The position numbers were made by a program, and so were the translations under genes. A stretch of 64,000 nt of DNA from Eledone cirrhosa. Its lineage: Eukaryota. Shown here piece by piece: positions 43,301-59,988 of the stretch. The notes under the pieces were generated by a model that saw only the letters and a list, made by a program, of their open reading frames with translations, was not told where the DNA came from and searched no databases. The stretch is from the NCBI GenBank assembly GCA_964016885.1, contig OZ024741.1:134478001-134542000 (forward strand). Direction: 5' to 3'. Position 1 is the first letter of the stretch. The number at the start of each line of letters is the position of its first letter.

Positions 43301-46300
43301 ACATAACACATACACTCACACCACACAGACTCACACCACACATAGACTCACACCATACATAGACACACACCACACATAGACTCACACCACACAGACTCAC
43401 ACCACACATAGACTCACACCACACATAGACTCACACCACACAGACTCACACCACACATACACTCACACCACACATACACTCACACCACACATAGACTCAC
43501 ACCACACATAGACTCACACCACACATACACTCACACCACACATACACTCACACCACACATGGACTCACACCACACATACACTCACACCACACATACACTC
43601 ACACCACACATGGACTCACACCACACATAGACTCACACCACACATACACTCACACCACACATACACTCACACCACACATACACTCACATGACACATAGAC
43701 ACACACCATACATAGACACACACCATACATAGACACACACCATACATAGACTCACACCACACATAGACTCACACCACACATAGACTCACACCACACATAC
43801 ACTCACACCACACATAGACTCACACGACACATAGACACACACCACACATAGACTCACACCACACATAGACACACACCACACATACTCACACCACACATAG
43901 ACTCACACTACACATAGACACACACCATACATAGACTCACACCACACATAGACACACACCACACATAGACTCACACCACACATACACTCACATGACACAT
44001 AGACACACACCATACATAGACTCACACCACACACTCACATAACACATACACTCACACCACACAGACTCACACCACACATAGACTCACACCATACATAGAC
44101 ACACACCATACATAGACTCACACCACACAGACTCACACCACACATAGACTCACACCACACAGACTCACACCACACATACACTCACACCACACATACACTC
44201 ACACCACACATAGACTCACACCACACATAGACTCACACCACACATAGACTCACCACACATACACTCACACCACACATACACTCACACCACACATGGACTC
44301 ACACCACACATAGACTCACACCACACATACACTCACACCACACATGGACTCACACCACACATGGACTCACACCACACATAGACTCACACCACACATACAC
44401 TCACACCACACATACACTCACATGACACATAGACACACACCATACATAGACACACACCATACATAGACTCACACCACACAGACTCACACCACACATACTC
44501 ACACCACACAGACTCACACCACACATATACTCACACCACACATACACTCACACCACACATAGACTCACACCACACATAGACTCACACGACACATAGACAC
44601 ACACCATACATAGACTCACACCACACATAGACACACACCACACATAGACTCACACCACACATACACTCACATGACACATAGACACACACCATACATAGAC
44701 TCACACCACACAGACTCACACCACACATAGACTCACACCACACATAGACTCACACCATACATAGACTCACACCACACATAGACTCACACCACACATACAC
44801 TCACACCACACATAGACTCACACGACACATAGACTCACACGACACATAGACACACACCACACATAGACTCACACCACACATAGACACACACCACACATAC
44901 TCACACCACACATAGACTCACACTACACATACACTCACATGACACATAGACTCACACCACACATAGACACACACCACACATAGACTCACACCACACATAC
45001 ACTCACATGACACATAGACACACACCATACATAGACTCACACCACACAGACTCACACAACACATACACTCACACCACACAGACTCACACCACACATAGAC
45101 TCACACCACACAGACTCACACCACACATACACTCACACCACACATAGACTCACACCACACATAGACTCACACGACACATAGACACACGCCATACATAGAC
45201 ACACACCACACAGACACTCATACCACACATACTCACACCACACATACACTCACACCACACATACACTCACACTACACATACACTCACACCACACATACAC
45301 TCACACCACACATACACTCACACCACACATACACTCACACCACACATACACTCACACCATACATACACTCACACCACACATACACTCATACCACACATAC
45401 ACTCACACCACACATACTCACACCACACATATACTCACACCACACATACACTCACACCACACATACACTCACACCACACATACACTCACACCACACATAC
45501 ACCACACATAGACACACACCACACATACACTCACACCACACATACACTGACACCACACATACACTCACACCACACATAGACACACACCACATATACACTC
45601 ACACCACACACACTCACACCACACATACACTCACACCACACATACTCATACCACACATACACTCACACCATACATACACTCACACCACACATAAACACAC
45701 ACCATACATAGACACACACCACACATACACTCACACCACACATACACTCACACCACACAGACACACACCACACATACACTCACACCACACATACACTCAC
45801 ACCACACATACACTCACACCACACATACACTCACACCACACATACTCACACCACACACACCACACCACACATAGACACACACCACACATACACTCACACC
45901 CCACATACAATCACACCACACATACACTCACACCACACATAGACACACACCATACATAGACACACACCACACATACACTCACACCACACATACACTCACA
46001 CCTCACAGACTCACACCAAACATAGACTCACACCACACATACACTCTCACCACACATACACTCTCACCACACATACACTCTCACCACACATACACTCTCA
46101 CCACACATACACTCACACCACACATACACTCACACCACACATACTCACACCACACATACACTCACACCACACATACACTCACACCACACATACACTCACA
46201 CCACACATACACTCTCACCACACATACACTCACACCATACATACTCACACCACACATACACTCACACCACACATACTCTCACACCACACACACACTCACA

Positions 46301-47920
46301 CCACACATACTCACACCACACAATCTCTCACACCACACACACACTCACACCACACATACTCACACCACACCACACATACACTCACACCACACCACACATA
46401 CACTCACACCACACATACACTCACACCACACATACACTCACACCACACATACTCACACCACACATACACTCACACCACACATACTCACACCACACATACA
46501 CTCACACCACACATACATTCTCACCACACATACACTCACACCACACATACACTCACACGACACATAGACTCACACCACACATACACTCACACGACACATA
46601 CACTCACACCACACACACACTCACACCACACATACACTCACACCACACATACACTCACACCACACATACTCACACCACACATACACTCACACCACACATA
46701 CACTCATACCACACATACACTCACACCACACATACACTCATACCACACATACACTCATACCACACATACACTCACAGCACACACACCACACCACACATAC
46801 ACTCACACCACACATACACTCACATCACACATACTCTCACCACACATACACTCACACTACTCATACACTCACACCACACATACACTCACACCACACATAC
46901 ACTCACATCACACATACTCTCACCACACATACACTCACAGCACACATAGACACACACTACACATAGACACACACCAAGCATAGACACACACCACACATAG
47001 ACACACACTACACATAGACACACACCACGCATAGACACACACCACGCATAGACACACACCACACATAGACACACACCACACACCACACATACACTCACAC
47101 CACACATACACACACACCACTCATACACTCACACCACACACACCACACATAGACTCACACCACACATAGACTCACACCACACATAGACTCACACCACACA
47201 TACACTCACACCACACATACACACACCACACATACACACACCACACATACACACACCACACATACACACACGCCACACATAGACTCACACCAGACTCACA
47301 CCACACATAGATACACACCACACATAGACACACACCACACATACACTCACACCACACATACTCACACCACACATACACTCACAGCACACATAGACACACA
47401 CTACACATAGACACACACCAAGCATAGACACACACCACACACACTCACACCACACATACACACACACCACACATACACTCACACCACACACACTCGCACA
47501 TAGACTCACACCACACATAGACTCACACCACACATACACTCACACCACACATACACTCACACCACACATACACTCACACCACACATACACTCACACCACA
47601 CATACACTCACACCACACAAACCACACATACACACACCACACATACACACACCACACATACACACACGCCACACATAGACTCACACCAGACTCACACCAC
47701 ACATAGACACACACCACACATACACTCACACCACACATAGACACACACCACACAGAGACACACCACACAGACACACACCACACACAGACACTCACCACTC
47801 ATAGACACTCACCACACATAGACACACACCGCACATAGACACACACCACACATACATTCACACCGCACATACATTCATACCACACATACCCACACACCAC
47901 ACAGATACACACACCACACA
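40342..47920. repeat. 7.6-kb minisatellite of a 17-bp unit (ACTCACACCACACATAS) with 15-bp variants and higher-order structure
   Basis: Direct inspection. A rare CTACACAT variant recurs at 41421, 42189, 43072, 43908 and 44923. Confidence 0.97.
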
Positions 47921-47927
47921 TTATAGT

Positions 47928-48230
47928 GAAGGCATGCGGCTTAGTGGTTAGAGAGTTGGACTTGAAATTGTGAAGTTGTGAGTTAGATACCCAGACCAGG
48001 TGATGCGTTGTGTCTTTGAGCAAAATACTTTATTTCATGGTACTCCAGTGGGATGTTACTGATGCTAACCTGTATTGTCCTATGCTTTTCTCTTGGACAA
48101 CATCAGTGGAATGGAGAGGGGAGACTGCTATGTATGGGTGACTGCTGGTCGTGCAAAAAAACACTGTGCTGGGACGTGCTTTCTAGATAAAATCCCATAG
48201 TCATTCATGACTGAAGGAGCTCATTACTTT
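47928..48230 (+). mobile_element. tRNA-derived SINE, third family with a related head and a different body
   Basis: ggcttagtggttagag A box, degenerate B box, tctttgagcaaaatactttatttca centre. Confidence 0.7.
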
Positions 48231-48240
48231 TATATATATA

Positions 48241-48608
48241 TCATCATCATCATCATCATCATCATCATTTTACGTCCGCTTTTCCCTGTCTGCAAGGGTG
48301 GGACGGGAACTGATTCTGGCTTGATTTCTACAGCTGGATGCCCTTCCTAACACCAACTTCATTTACAGTGAGTGCTGTGTGCTTTTTTTCCGTCGCGCCT
48401 ACACAACCACTTTACAGTGTGGGCTGGGTGCTTTTTTGCCATGGCACCTCCACGACCACTTTGCAGTGGAATGCTATGGACCCCAGTCCCTATCATCTCA
48501 TTTCTACAGCTGTGTAAACTGGAGCAATGTGAAATAAAGTGTCTTGCTCAAGGAAACAACACATCACCTGGTCTGAGAATTGAACTCACAACCTTTCGAT
48601 TGCAAGCC
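48241..48608 (-). mobile_element. tRNA-derived SINE (15232 family) with the head truncated by the adjacent insertion
   Basis: Matches 34652-34955. Confidence 0.88.
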
Positions 48609-48903
48609 CAGGAAAGAAGAACTTAATGGTTCAAGTTTTTCCAGGAAAAACTAGAACCGTTAAGTTCTTTCCTGGTTATGTCAATATTTATAAAACAAAC
48701 TTTGTATTTTATCTGATGAGAGCGTACCAAAGTTTTGGTACCCTTGAAATATATATAATAGAATAAATATGGTTTTATAAATATAGTTTCCATTTATTTA
48801 ATATCATTGAATATTATACTCCAGAAAACTTGTCGAGTGCTTTGAATCAGTTATAAACCTTTATATTTGTTGAATTACCAACAAATTGAATATCCCTTTT
48901 GCT
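48609..48903 (+). mobile_element. PLE-like terminal fragment (family B) with a short 5' fold-back and an intact hammerhead
   Basis: Imperfect palindrome at ~48608-48675. Hammerhead 48705-48765: TATTTTAT-CTGATGA-GAGcGTACCAA..TTGGTACcCTT-GAAA-TATATA-TA^-ATAGAATA. Confidence 0.75.
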
Positions 48904-48963
48904 TTATATATATATATGTATATATAGATACATATATATATAGACACACGTATCTATAGATAC

Positions 48964-49016
<53 letters not shown>

Positions 49017-49022
49017 CACATG

Positions 49023-49097
<75 letters not shown>

Positions 49098-49109
49098 GTA
49101 CATATAGAT

Positions 49110-49425
49110 ATATTAAAATAAGACTTGTCCTAAATAGAACTACTGTGACAGTAATATCTGCGTACACACCCCAATCCGGACTGCCTGGAGTTATAAAAGA
49201 CAGATTCTATGAGGCATTGATGCTAGCTACCTTCCAAATAACCAACAGTGACTACATAACTATTGCTGGCAACCTAAATGGTCACGTTGGACAACATTGT
49301 GCTGGCTATGATGGAATCCATGGAGGCTATGGGTTTGGTACTAGAAATGAGGAAGGCTCCAGAATCCTGGAATTCTGTGACGCAAATAACCTAACTGTAT
49401 ATAACACCAACTTCAAAAAGTTAGT
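49110..49425 (+). mobile_element. RTE LINE internal fragment: APE endonuclease
   Basis: VISAYTPQSG...KDRFYE...AGNLNGHVG...GGYGFGTRNEEGSRILEFCDANNLTVYNTNFKK, flanked by microsatellite. Confidence 0.9.
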
Positions 49426-49427
49426 GT

Positions 49428-49472
<45 letters not shown>

Positions 49473-49516
49473 CTATATGTGTGTGTGTGTGTGTGTGTGT
49501 ATACACACACACAGAG

Positions 49517-49562
<46 letters not shown>

Positions 49563-49954
49563 ATTCATTTATTATGGCTAAGTGGTGAGCCTTGTTACGC
49601 TGGAGTTTCACCACAGAATAATAAATGAATATTTAAACTCTACTTCAGTCTTGAGTCGTCATTCCCATGCCTGTCAATAATACATGGATATATATACGCA
49701 CGCATGCGGATATATAGAGGGAGAAAGTGAGAGATTGGTATGTCAATAAACTTACTCTTAATATTAGTCTACTTAAGTGAAGTATTATTAATATCAGCTG
49801 TTGTTTGTGTTGACCTTAATACTACAGTTTCTCTGAGTATCAATATTTTTTGAATTTATCTGTATTCCTAAAAAATAATGTGCAATGTCTTCTGCACATG
49901 CATCATGCAGAATGCTCACCATATGCACAATAACCTAAATATATTTTTACAAAG

Positions 49955-50190
49955 ATTAGGGTACTCAGAACTTGTGTGGTCAGTATTCTGATATGGTTGT
50001 GAGGTATGGCCCATGGCTAGGGATATTATGAGAAAGATAGCTTTTGAAATGTGGGGCTATTGCTAGATATTGAAAATTCCTTGGACTGAGAAAGGGAGTA
50101 ACTCTAAGTAAGGACAATGCGACAGGATGGTCCAATACCACTACGAGACATTAGGAAACGTCAATTGCAATATGTTGGACATGTATTATG
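49955..50190 (+). mobile_element. Old RTE LINE C-terminal fragment
   Basis: YGCEVWP, AFEMWGY..ILKIPWTEK and IRKRQLQYVGHV are recognisable across frameshifts. Confidence 0.6.
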
Positions 50191-50984
50191 TGGTTTAGCT
50201 TGGAAGATTTGAAGTGACTTGTCACGACAAAGGGGACTGGACCAGGCTGTACACAAATCATTTAATTTGATTGCGCAAAAATGGTCAAAAATGGAAAAAA
50301 AAGTCTTCCTAACAGGATGAAGTACACCGAGCACCGTAGTGCTGGTGTCACAACAAAAGCAACCCCTCCACTCTAAGTTAGATCTCTAAGTCATACAAAT
50401 TTGGAAAGATATTGAATGATGATGATAATGGATCGAGAGGAATTGTTCATCACATATTTGCTGATCAGGCATGATGCTGATGAATGCATTCTGGGAAATA
50501 AATTCAAATATTCTAGTTTCTAGCCTTTTACTTTCTCAAGCTTTAGTTTTTTACAAAAGACTTGACCAAATTCATATTGTCTGAGACTGCTACTGTTTCT
50601 ATAAAATTCATTTGTTAAACCTTTTTGATACCAAACAACTGGAAACCACCCCTTACTTCTATAAGACAGTTTAATGTGTTTATATTTATTTAAAATCCTT
50701 TCCATCATAACTCTATATTAAAAAATGTAAGTCATGCTCTAAATACCAACTTAATAATGAAAGCTTCCTTCTACTTGCATCACTTGGCCCTTCTTCACCC
50801 AGTGTTCATCATCCATAGACATCACATGTCTATATCAGTGCAGTATCTTCTCTTGTACACTACAGGTGATTCTTCCTGTTCTATTTATAGACTGATGAAA
50901 GGCTTATTTATTAATTATAATTATTATAGAAATATTATAAATCTTGGGTAGTGACTGAAAGAATATGATGGCGAATATAAGTAA

Positions 50985-51360
50985 CTGAAATGGGGTTTCT
51001 CTGAAGGGTCTTTGGAGTAATGTGACTTGAGAGAGTACTTAGTTTGAAGATAAGCGAGTTGTTCCAGGTAGAGATGCTACTTCTCTGAATCGAGAAATCA
51101 CAGCTCCAATACTACACAGAATATCTTAGAATATCTAAGGAAAGGATCGCTGGACAGATTTTATAGGCAAAGCCAACTGGCAGCAGACCTACAGATAGAC
51201 CATGAGCAAGATTGTTAGATAATATCCATAACTTCAGTTGGTCTCGCTTGTGGATCCAGCTGGATGATTTGGAAATCGATTGCTTCCTATAGGTCCCTCT
51301 GAAAGGTGTGTCTGAGGACTTTGCTCCCATGACCCTCTCAGCAATAAATTGGGTGAAGAA
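50985..51360 (+). mobile_element. Old RTE (Expander/Rex3-like) 3' fragment related to 36220-36557
   Basis: Shared ctctgaagggtctttggagtaatg, tcacagctcc, gctcccaYgaccctc segments. Confidence 0.7.
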
Positions 51361-51780
51361 AAAAAAATATAGTTATGTTGTTCATCTCTTAGGTAAAAAA
51401 AAACCCCACATTCCTTGGCAATCACAGTGTGTTATTTAGCCAAGGAAATGTAACTATGTTTAAATATATCAACTGAAATGGCACCTATTTCTACTGATTT
51501 TCTTCCTTCCTCGGAAGAAAGCCAGCTCCTAATCAATAGGTTATTAATGTATATTTGTGTTATTTTGTGTTGTTTTGGCACTTCATTTGAATGTTAAGGA
51601 GTTACTGAAGAAATAACTGACTTGAAGTAATGTCATAAGACAACGGCATAAATGGTATCTGTATTCTTTGCTAGATATTGTGATATTTTGTCATGTAAAG
51701 AAGACATTAAGCCAAATGATGATGATAGTTTCACACCATATAGTGTTGTGAGAGTCATCACCATTACCACAATCATCACA

Positions 51781-51843
51781 ACCACCACCACCACCACCAC
51801 CACCACCACCACCACCACCACCACCACCACCACCACCACCACT
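51781..51843. repeat. (ACC)n trinucleotide microsatellite
   Basis: About 20 perfect units. Confidence 0.95.
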
Positions 51844-52884
51844 ATCTTGGCCAAGGCTATGTTCACCGAAAGTGAACAAGGCATCTCCTTGATGGAATTA
51901 TATTAAATCTTAATATCTTCTAATGACTTAGCTATAAATATCTAGAAAACAGGTTTGTAATTCAAATGTCCTGAGGTTGCAACTAGTAGATAGTATCAGC
52001 TATGGAAACATTGTTTCCTTGGTCCATTTTGATGAGTTCCATCCCACTCGGTAAGCTATTGAGGTCTGGAATCTTGTTGAAAGTTTCCATATTATACATA
52101 TCTTTTCTAGTGGACAGATTGTTCTGAACATTTGCAGTATTATCTCTTAATATCCTGTAATGATTTAGCAGAAAATATCTAGAAGCATGTTTGTTAATTC
52201 AAATGTTTATAGTATCTTTACTAGTGGATAGATCATTGTGAACATTTACAAGAAACTAAAGTAAAGACTTTAATTTTTAGCATGATACAGTCATTATACT
52301 GTTTTGTTGTACTGTTCAAGAATGTCTTGCTAATGTGGTATCATGTGGTACAGGACATTAAGAATTAATATAAGGAGTATTAAATGACTAGAAATATGTG
52401 ATAAGACAGACAGACAGGCAGGAAGGAAGGCAGGCAGGCTGACTGGCGGATAGACAGAGATACACAGTTAATTTAGTGTTAACATTATTTAATACATGGG
52501 ATATTAAAAGGTTAAATAGAAAGAAGTATATAGTGTGGCAGAGGGATTGCTATGTTAGTACTTACATACCTAATACATAAGACACTCACCCTTTTCATAC
52601 CCAACTAACTGAAACCACCATTGCGTTTACAATACAAATCTGTTTTAAAGTATTGATATTTATCTAAAAATCTATCATAATTTTATGTAAGAACCTTTGT
52701 TTTAAACGTCAGATGAAGAGTGAAAAAATTATATTACTGACAATGAGATGGATCTATAGTATTGAGACTAATAATATGGAGTTACATAACTATCAATTAG
52801 TCACTATATCGATTTATCATGATCAATCGAACTTCTGAAATGATCATTAACTTTGTTCAATATATATATGTATGTATGTATGTA

Positions 52885-53468
52885 TGTATCCCAGTACAAC
52901 CTGTCTCATGGTCGGGTCGTTGGCGACTAAACTGGCAACCCCACCAAGTTTTCTTGGTGAGGAGGGTGATTTTGGATATCCTGCAGGACTAAAAACAAAA
53001 CCTGTCAAAGGGCAAAGGAGCTCTTAAGAGTCAATGGCCACCCCAAATCACCGGGAGAGATGACCCCTTAGCCTTTGTCAAGGCAGAATTCTAGGAGAAG
53101 GAAAACTCTGATATAACACCTGCAACCCTGATGGTATCCAATGATGTTGACTTGTTCTTCTTTTTGGTAAATATCATCTTGGTTAAGAGAGTGGGACTGG
53201 CTTTGTGCAGTGCCTTTGCTCACTATAAAAGCTTCACGGCACAGGCATTACTTTATATCTGGAGATCTCTCTGCACTTGCCGTCACATGGTACCATGGGC
53301 CCAGCACTATGTGTCAATAATTGTCACAAGTGTAGTGTTTGTACCAGAGATTTCAAGTCGCTGGCCGGACTAAAAAGTCACACTTGTTCAGCGCATCGGT
53401 AGGGGTTCTCCTACATGGATATAAAGTAATGGCCGTACTCGAAAACGAGTTGGCAGCCACCATGTATA

Positions 53469-53519
<51 letters not shown>

Positions 53520-54435
53520 ATATATATATAGGTCACCAGTTAGTGCTGTTGGTAACATGTATCCCAGTACAATCTGTCTCATGGTCGGGTCGTTGGCGAC
53601 TAAACTGGCAACCCCACCAAGGTTTCTTGGTGAGGAGGGTGACTTTGGACATCCTGCAGGACTAAAAATAAAACCTGTCAAAGGGCAAAGGAGCTCTTAA
53701 GAGTCAATGGCCATCCAAAATCACCGGGAGAGATGACCCCTTAGCCTTTGTCAAGGCAGAATTCTAGGAGAAGGAAAACTCTGATATAACACCTGCAACC
53801 CTGATGGTATCCAATGATGTTGACTTGTTCTTCTTTTTGGTAAATATCATCTTGGTTAAGAGAGTTGGACTGGCTTTGTGCAGTGCCTTTGCTCACTATA
53901 AAAGCTTCACGGCACAGGCATTGCTTTATATCTGGAGATCTCTCTGCACTTGTCGTCACATGGTACCATGGGCCCAGCACTATGTGTCAATAATTGTCAC
54001 AGGTGTGGTGTTTGTGCCAGTGTTTTCGGGTCGCTGGCTGGACTAGGGGGTCACACTTGTTCAGCGCGTCGATGGGGGTTCTCCTACATGGATATGGAGT
54101 AGTGGCTGTACTCGAAAACCGAGTTGGCAGCCATCATGTATGTATGAGTGAAGGACCCCTAGCCTTTGTCAGGGCATTCTTCTAGGAGAAGGCAACTCCG
54201 GAAACTGGGATAACTCCGATATAAAACCTGCGGGTCAGTAGTTACTGATGATGTTGATCTTTTCTTCTTTTCGGGTTATAGCTACTGTCGCTCAGAGTGG
54301 GATTGGCTCAGTGCACAGTCTTTCCTCACTTTAAAAAATATTTTCATGCACAGGCATTGCACAATAGAATTAATTAATAATGATTAATAATGGTATATCG
54401 TGCAATGGCATACTCGATAACGAGGGGGCAGCCAT
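52885..54435 (+). mobile_element. Cluster of ~600-bp non-autonomous RTE-related elements (52885-53463, 53531-54137, diverged partial 54150-54435)
   Basis: Near-identical copies separated by microsatellite. They contain ctaggagaaggaaaactctga (RTE 5'-region-like) and a 3' remnant C..C...F.S.AGLKSH followed by an actcg-aaaa-cgagt hairpin. Confidence 0.65.
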
Positions 54436-54479
54436 CATATATATATATGTTTCTTACTACATATATATTATTATTATAA

Positions 54480-54650
54480 TTGTTTCTACTTTAGGCACAA
54501 GGCCAGCAATTACCCAGTGCATTACTGGTACTTTATTTTATCGACCCCGTAAGGATGAAAGGCAAAGTCAACCTCGGCGGGATTTGAACTCAGATCGTAA
54601 AGGGACGTAACTATGCTGGAAAGCACGGCGTCCGACCCTCTACCGATACT
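54480..54650 (-). mobile_element. tRNA-derived SINE with an (ATT)n tail (other decayed copies at ~7565-7650 +, ~60445-60560 -, ~63840-63990 +)
   Basis: Minus strand gagttcaaatcccgccgaggttgactttgcctttcatcc..ggggtcgataaaataaagtaccag...ccttgtgcc. Confidence 0.7.
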
Positions 54651-54731
54651 ATTATTATAATGCTCGGTATTTATACTTTGAGCTTATTGATTACAGGGTT
54701 TCAGTAAGAGTTATTAACTCCAACTTTCATT

Positions 54732-54915
<184 letters not shown>

Positions 54916-55038
54916 TATGTATATATATGTATGTATATATATATATATGTATATATATGTATATATATGTATATGTATATATATATATATGTAATATATG
55001 TATATATATATATATATGTATATATATGTATATATATG

Positions 55039-55087
<49 letters not shown>

Positions 55088-55184
55088 GTATATATATGTA
55101 TATATATGTATATATATGTATATATATGTATATATATGTATATATATATGTATATATATATGTATATATATGTATGTATATATG

Positions 55185-55278
<94 letters not shown>

Positions 55279-55322
55279 TATGTATATATATGTATGTATA
55301 TATATATATGTATATATATATG

Positions 55323-55355
<33 letters not shown>

Positions 55356-55392
55356 GTATATATATGTATATATATGTATGTATATATATATG

Positions 55393-55445
<53 letters not shown>

Positions 55446-55490
55446 GTATATATGTATATGTATATATGTATATATGTATATGTATATATG

Positions 55491-55541
<51 letters not shown>

Positions 55542-55542
55542 G

Positions 55543-55623
<81 letters not shown>

Positions 55624-55686
55624 GTGTATATATATGTATATGTATATATATGTATATATATGTATATATATATATGTATATATATG

Positions 55687-55736
<50 letters not shown>

Positions 55737-55772
55737 TGTATATATATGTATATATATATATGTATATATATG

Positions 55773-55957
<185 letters not shown>

Positions 55958-56017
55958 GTATATATATATGTATATATATATATATGTATATATATATGTA
56001 TATATATATATATGTGT

Positions 56018-56728
56018 AACGAAGCTTGCATGCTCCGCTGGATGTGTAACAGTAATATACGTGAACGGCAAAGCATAAACGAACTAAGGAAAAAATTAGA
56101 GATAAGAGGGATCAGATGTTGTTTACTCGAGAGAAGGCTACGTTGGTATGGACACGTGATGCGCATGAAAGTCGATAGCTGTATAACAAAGTGCAGGGCA
56201 ATAAAGATAGACGGTAGCCACGGAATAGGCAGACCTAGAAAAACCTGGGACGAGCTGATAAACTCCGACCTCACACACTTACACCTCTCCAAGACAATGT
56301 CACTGGACCGAGACCTTTGGCGGTACTCAGTAACAGAGAAGACCCGCCTTGCCAGTAGGCATCTCTAACAAAATACACCCTGTCCCACCACCACCACCCC
56401 CACCCCATCCACACCACCCCGTCCTATGTAAAGTTATGTTGGTGCCGCGCCATCCGGGCCGAAACAAATGAGATCGTGTAGGTGTCACGACAAAAAAAAC
56501 ACACAGTCCACGCTGTAATGTGGCCGTGTAGGCAACACGGTAAAAACCTCCCAGACCCACACTGTAAATGTGGTTGGTGTTAGGAAGGGCATCCAACTGT
56601 AGAAAACCTGCCAGACAGTCCTATGCGAGCAAGACAATCACTCTTGCCTCAAGTGGGACTACCCCCGTCCAAACCCATGCAAGCGTGGAACACGGACGTT
56701 AAACGTTGATGATGATGATGATGATGAT
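56018..56728 (+). mobile_element. RTE LINE, 5'-truncated recent copy
   Basis: [10 protein letters not shown]...[12 protein letters not shown]...GRPRKTW...DRDLWR, 3' UTR and (GAT)n. Nearly identical to 25517-26250 except for a short deletion spanning the stop codon. Confidence 0.95.
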
Positions 56729-56781
56729 GTATATATATATATATGTATATATATATGTATATATATATGTATATATATATG

Positions 56782-56838
<57 letters not shown>

Positions 56839-56973
56839 ATATATATATGTATATATATATGTATGTATATATATATATGTATATATATATGTATGTATAT
56901 ATATATATGTATATATATATGTATGTATATATATATATGTATATATATATGTATATATATATGTATATATATA

Positions 56974-57006
<33 letters not shown>

Positions 57007-57083
57007 ATATATATATATGTATGTATATATATATATGTATATATATATATATGTATATATATATGTATGTATATATATATATG

Positions 57084-57114
<31 letters not shown>

Positions 57115-57145
57115 GTATATATGTATATATATATATGTATATATG

Positions 57146-57414
<269 letters not shown>

Positions 57415-57415
57415 G

Positions 57416-57448
<33 letters not shown>

Positions 57449-57557
57449 GTATATATATATATATGTATATATATGTATATATATGTATATATATGTATAT
57501 ATATATATGTATATATATGTATATATATGTATATATATGTATATATGTATATATATG

Positions 57558-57588
<31 letters not shown>

Positions 57589-57609
57589 GTATATATGTAT
57601 ATATATATG

Positions 57610-57640
<31 letters not shown>

Positions 57641-57661
57641 GTATATATGTATATATATATG

Positions 57662-57694
<33 letters not shown>

Positions 57695-58109
57695 GTATAT
57701 ATGTATATATATATGTATATATATATATGTATATATATATGTGTATATGTATATATATATGTGCATATGTATATATATATATATATGTATATATATATGT
57801 GTATATGTATATATATATGTATATATATATGTGTATATGTATATATATATATGTGTATATATAGATATATGTGTATATATATATATATGTGTATATATAT
57901 ATGTGTATATGTATATATATATATGTGTATATATATATATATGTGTATATATATATATGTGTATATGTATATATATATATGTGTATATATATATATATGT
58001 GTATATATATATGTGTATATGTATATATATATATATGTGTATATATATATATGTGTATATATATATGTGTATATGTATATATATATATGTGTATATATAT
58101 ATATATGTG

Positions 58110-58158
<49 letters not shown>

Positions 58159-58201
58159 GTGTATATGTATATATATATATGTGTATATATATATATATGT
58201 G

Positions 58202-58236
<35 letters not shown>

Positions 58237-58291
58237 GTATATATATATGTGTATATGTATATATATATATGTGTATATATATATATATGTG

Positions 58292-58330
<39 letters not shown>

Positions 58331-58645
58331 GTATATATATATGTGTATATGTATATATATATATGTGTATATATATATATATGTGTATATGTATATATAT
58401 ATATGTGTATATATATATATATGTGTATATATATATATGTATATATATATGTATATATATATATATGTGTATATATATATATATATGTATATATATATGT
58501 GTATATGTATATATATATGTGTATATATAGATATATGTGTATATATATATATATGTGTATATATATATGTGTATATGTATATATATATGTATATATATAT
58601 ATGTGTATATATATATATATGTATATGTGTATATATATGTATATA

Positions 58646-58686
<41 letters not shown>

Positions 58687-58705
58687 GTATATATGTATAT
58701 ATATG

Positions 58706-58737
<32 letters not shown>

Positions 58738-58799
58738 TATATGTATGTATGTATATATATATGTATGTATATATATATGTCAGGTATATATATATGTCA

Positions 58800-59404
58800 G
58801 GTCACCAGTTGGTGCTACTGGTAACATGTATCCCAGTACAACCTGTCCCATGGTCGGGTCGTTGGCGACTAAACTGGCAACCCCACCAAGGTTTCTTGGT
58901 GAGGAGGGTGACTTTGGACATCCTGCAGGACTAAAAACAAAACCTGTCAAAGGGCAAAGGAGCTCTTAAGAATCAATGGCCATCCAAAATCACCGGGAGA
59001 GATGACCCCTTAGCCTTTGTCAAGGCAGAATTCTAGGAGAAGGAAAACTCTGATATAACACCTGCAACCCTGATGGTATCCAATGATGTTGACTTGTTCT
59101 TCTTTTTGGTAAATATCATCTTGGTTAAGAGAGTGGGACTGGCTTTGTGCAGTGCCTTTGCTCACTATAAAAGCTTCACGGCACAGGCATTGCTTTGTAT
59201 CTGGAGATCTTTCTGCACTTGTCGTCACATGGTACCAAAGGTAAAGCACTATGTGTCAATAATTGTCACAAGTGTAGTGTTTGTACCAGAGTTTTAAAGT
59301 CGCTGGCTGGACTAAAAAGTCACACTCGTTCAGCGCATCGGTAGGGGTTCTCCTACATGGATATAAAGTAGTGGCCGTACTCGAAAACGAGTTGGCAGCC
59401 ACCA
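58800..59404 (+). mobile_element. Further full copy of the ~600-bp non-autonomous RTE-related element
   Basis: Same start (GGTCACCAGTT) as 53531 and same end (ggcagccaccat) as 53463. Confidence 0.7.
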
Positions 59405-59525
59405 TATATGTATGTATGTATATATGTATGTATATATATATGTATGTATGTATATATATATGTATGTATATATATATGTATGTATGTATATATATGTATG
59501 TATGTATATATATATGTATGTATGT

Positions 59526-59566
<41 letters not shown>

Positions 59567-59572
59567 TATATG

Positions 59573-59647
<75 letters not shown>

Positions 59648-59954
59648 ATATATATATATATGTATGTATATATATATGTATGTATATATATATATATATA
59701 TATGTATGTATATATATATATATATGTATGTATATATATATATATACATATATGTATGTATATATATATACATGTATGTATGTATATATATATATATATA
59801 TATATATTTATGTATGTATATATGTATGTATGTATGTATATATATATGTATGTATGTATATATATATATATGTATGTATGTATGTATGTATATATATATG
59901 TATGTATGTATATATGTATGTATGTATGTATATATATATATATATGTATGTATG

Positions 59955-59988
<34 letters not shown>

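Noticed and set aside
40342-47920. Telomeric or interstitial telomeric repeat
   Set aside because: The 17-bp unit contains no TTAGGG/CCCTAA.
50476-50510. CTGATGA...GAAA spacing suggestive of a hammerhead
   Set aside because: Stems I-III do not pair. Such a match is expected by chance in AT-rich DNA.
51633-51906. Poly-Thr/Val/Gly ORFs
   Set aside because: Products of the (ACC)n repeat with no splice or homology support.
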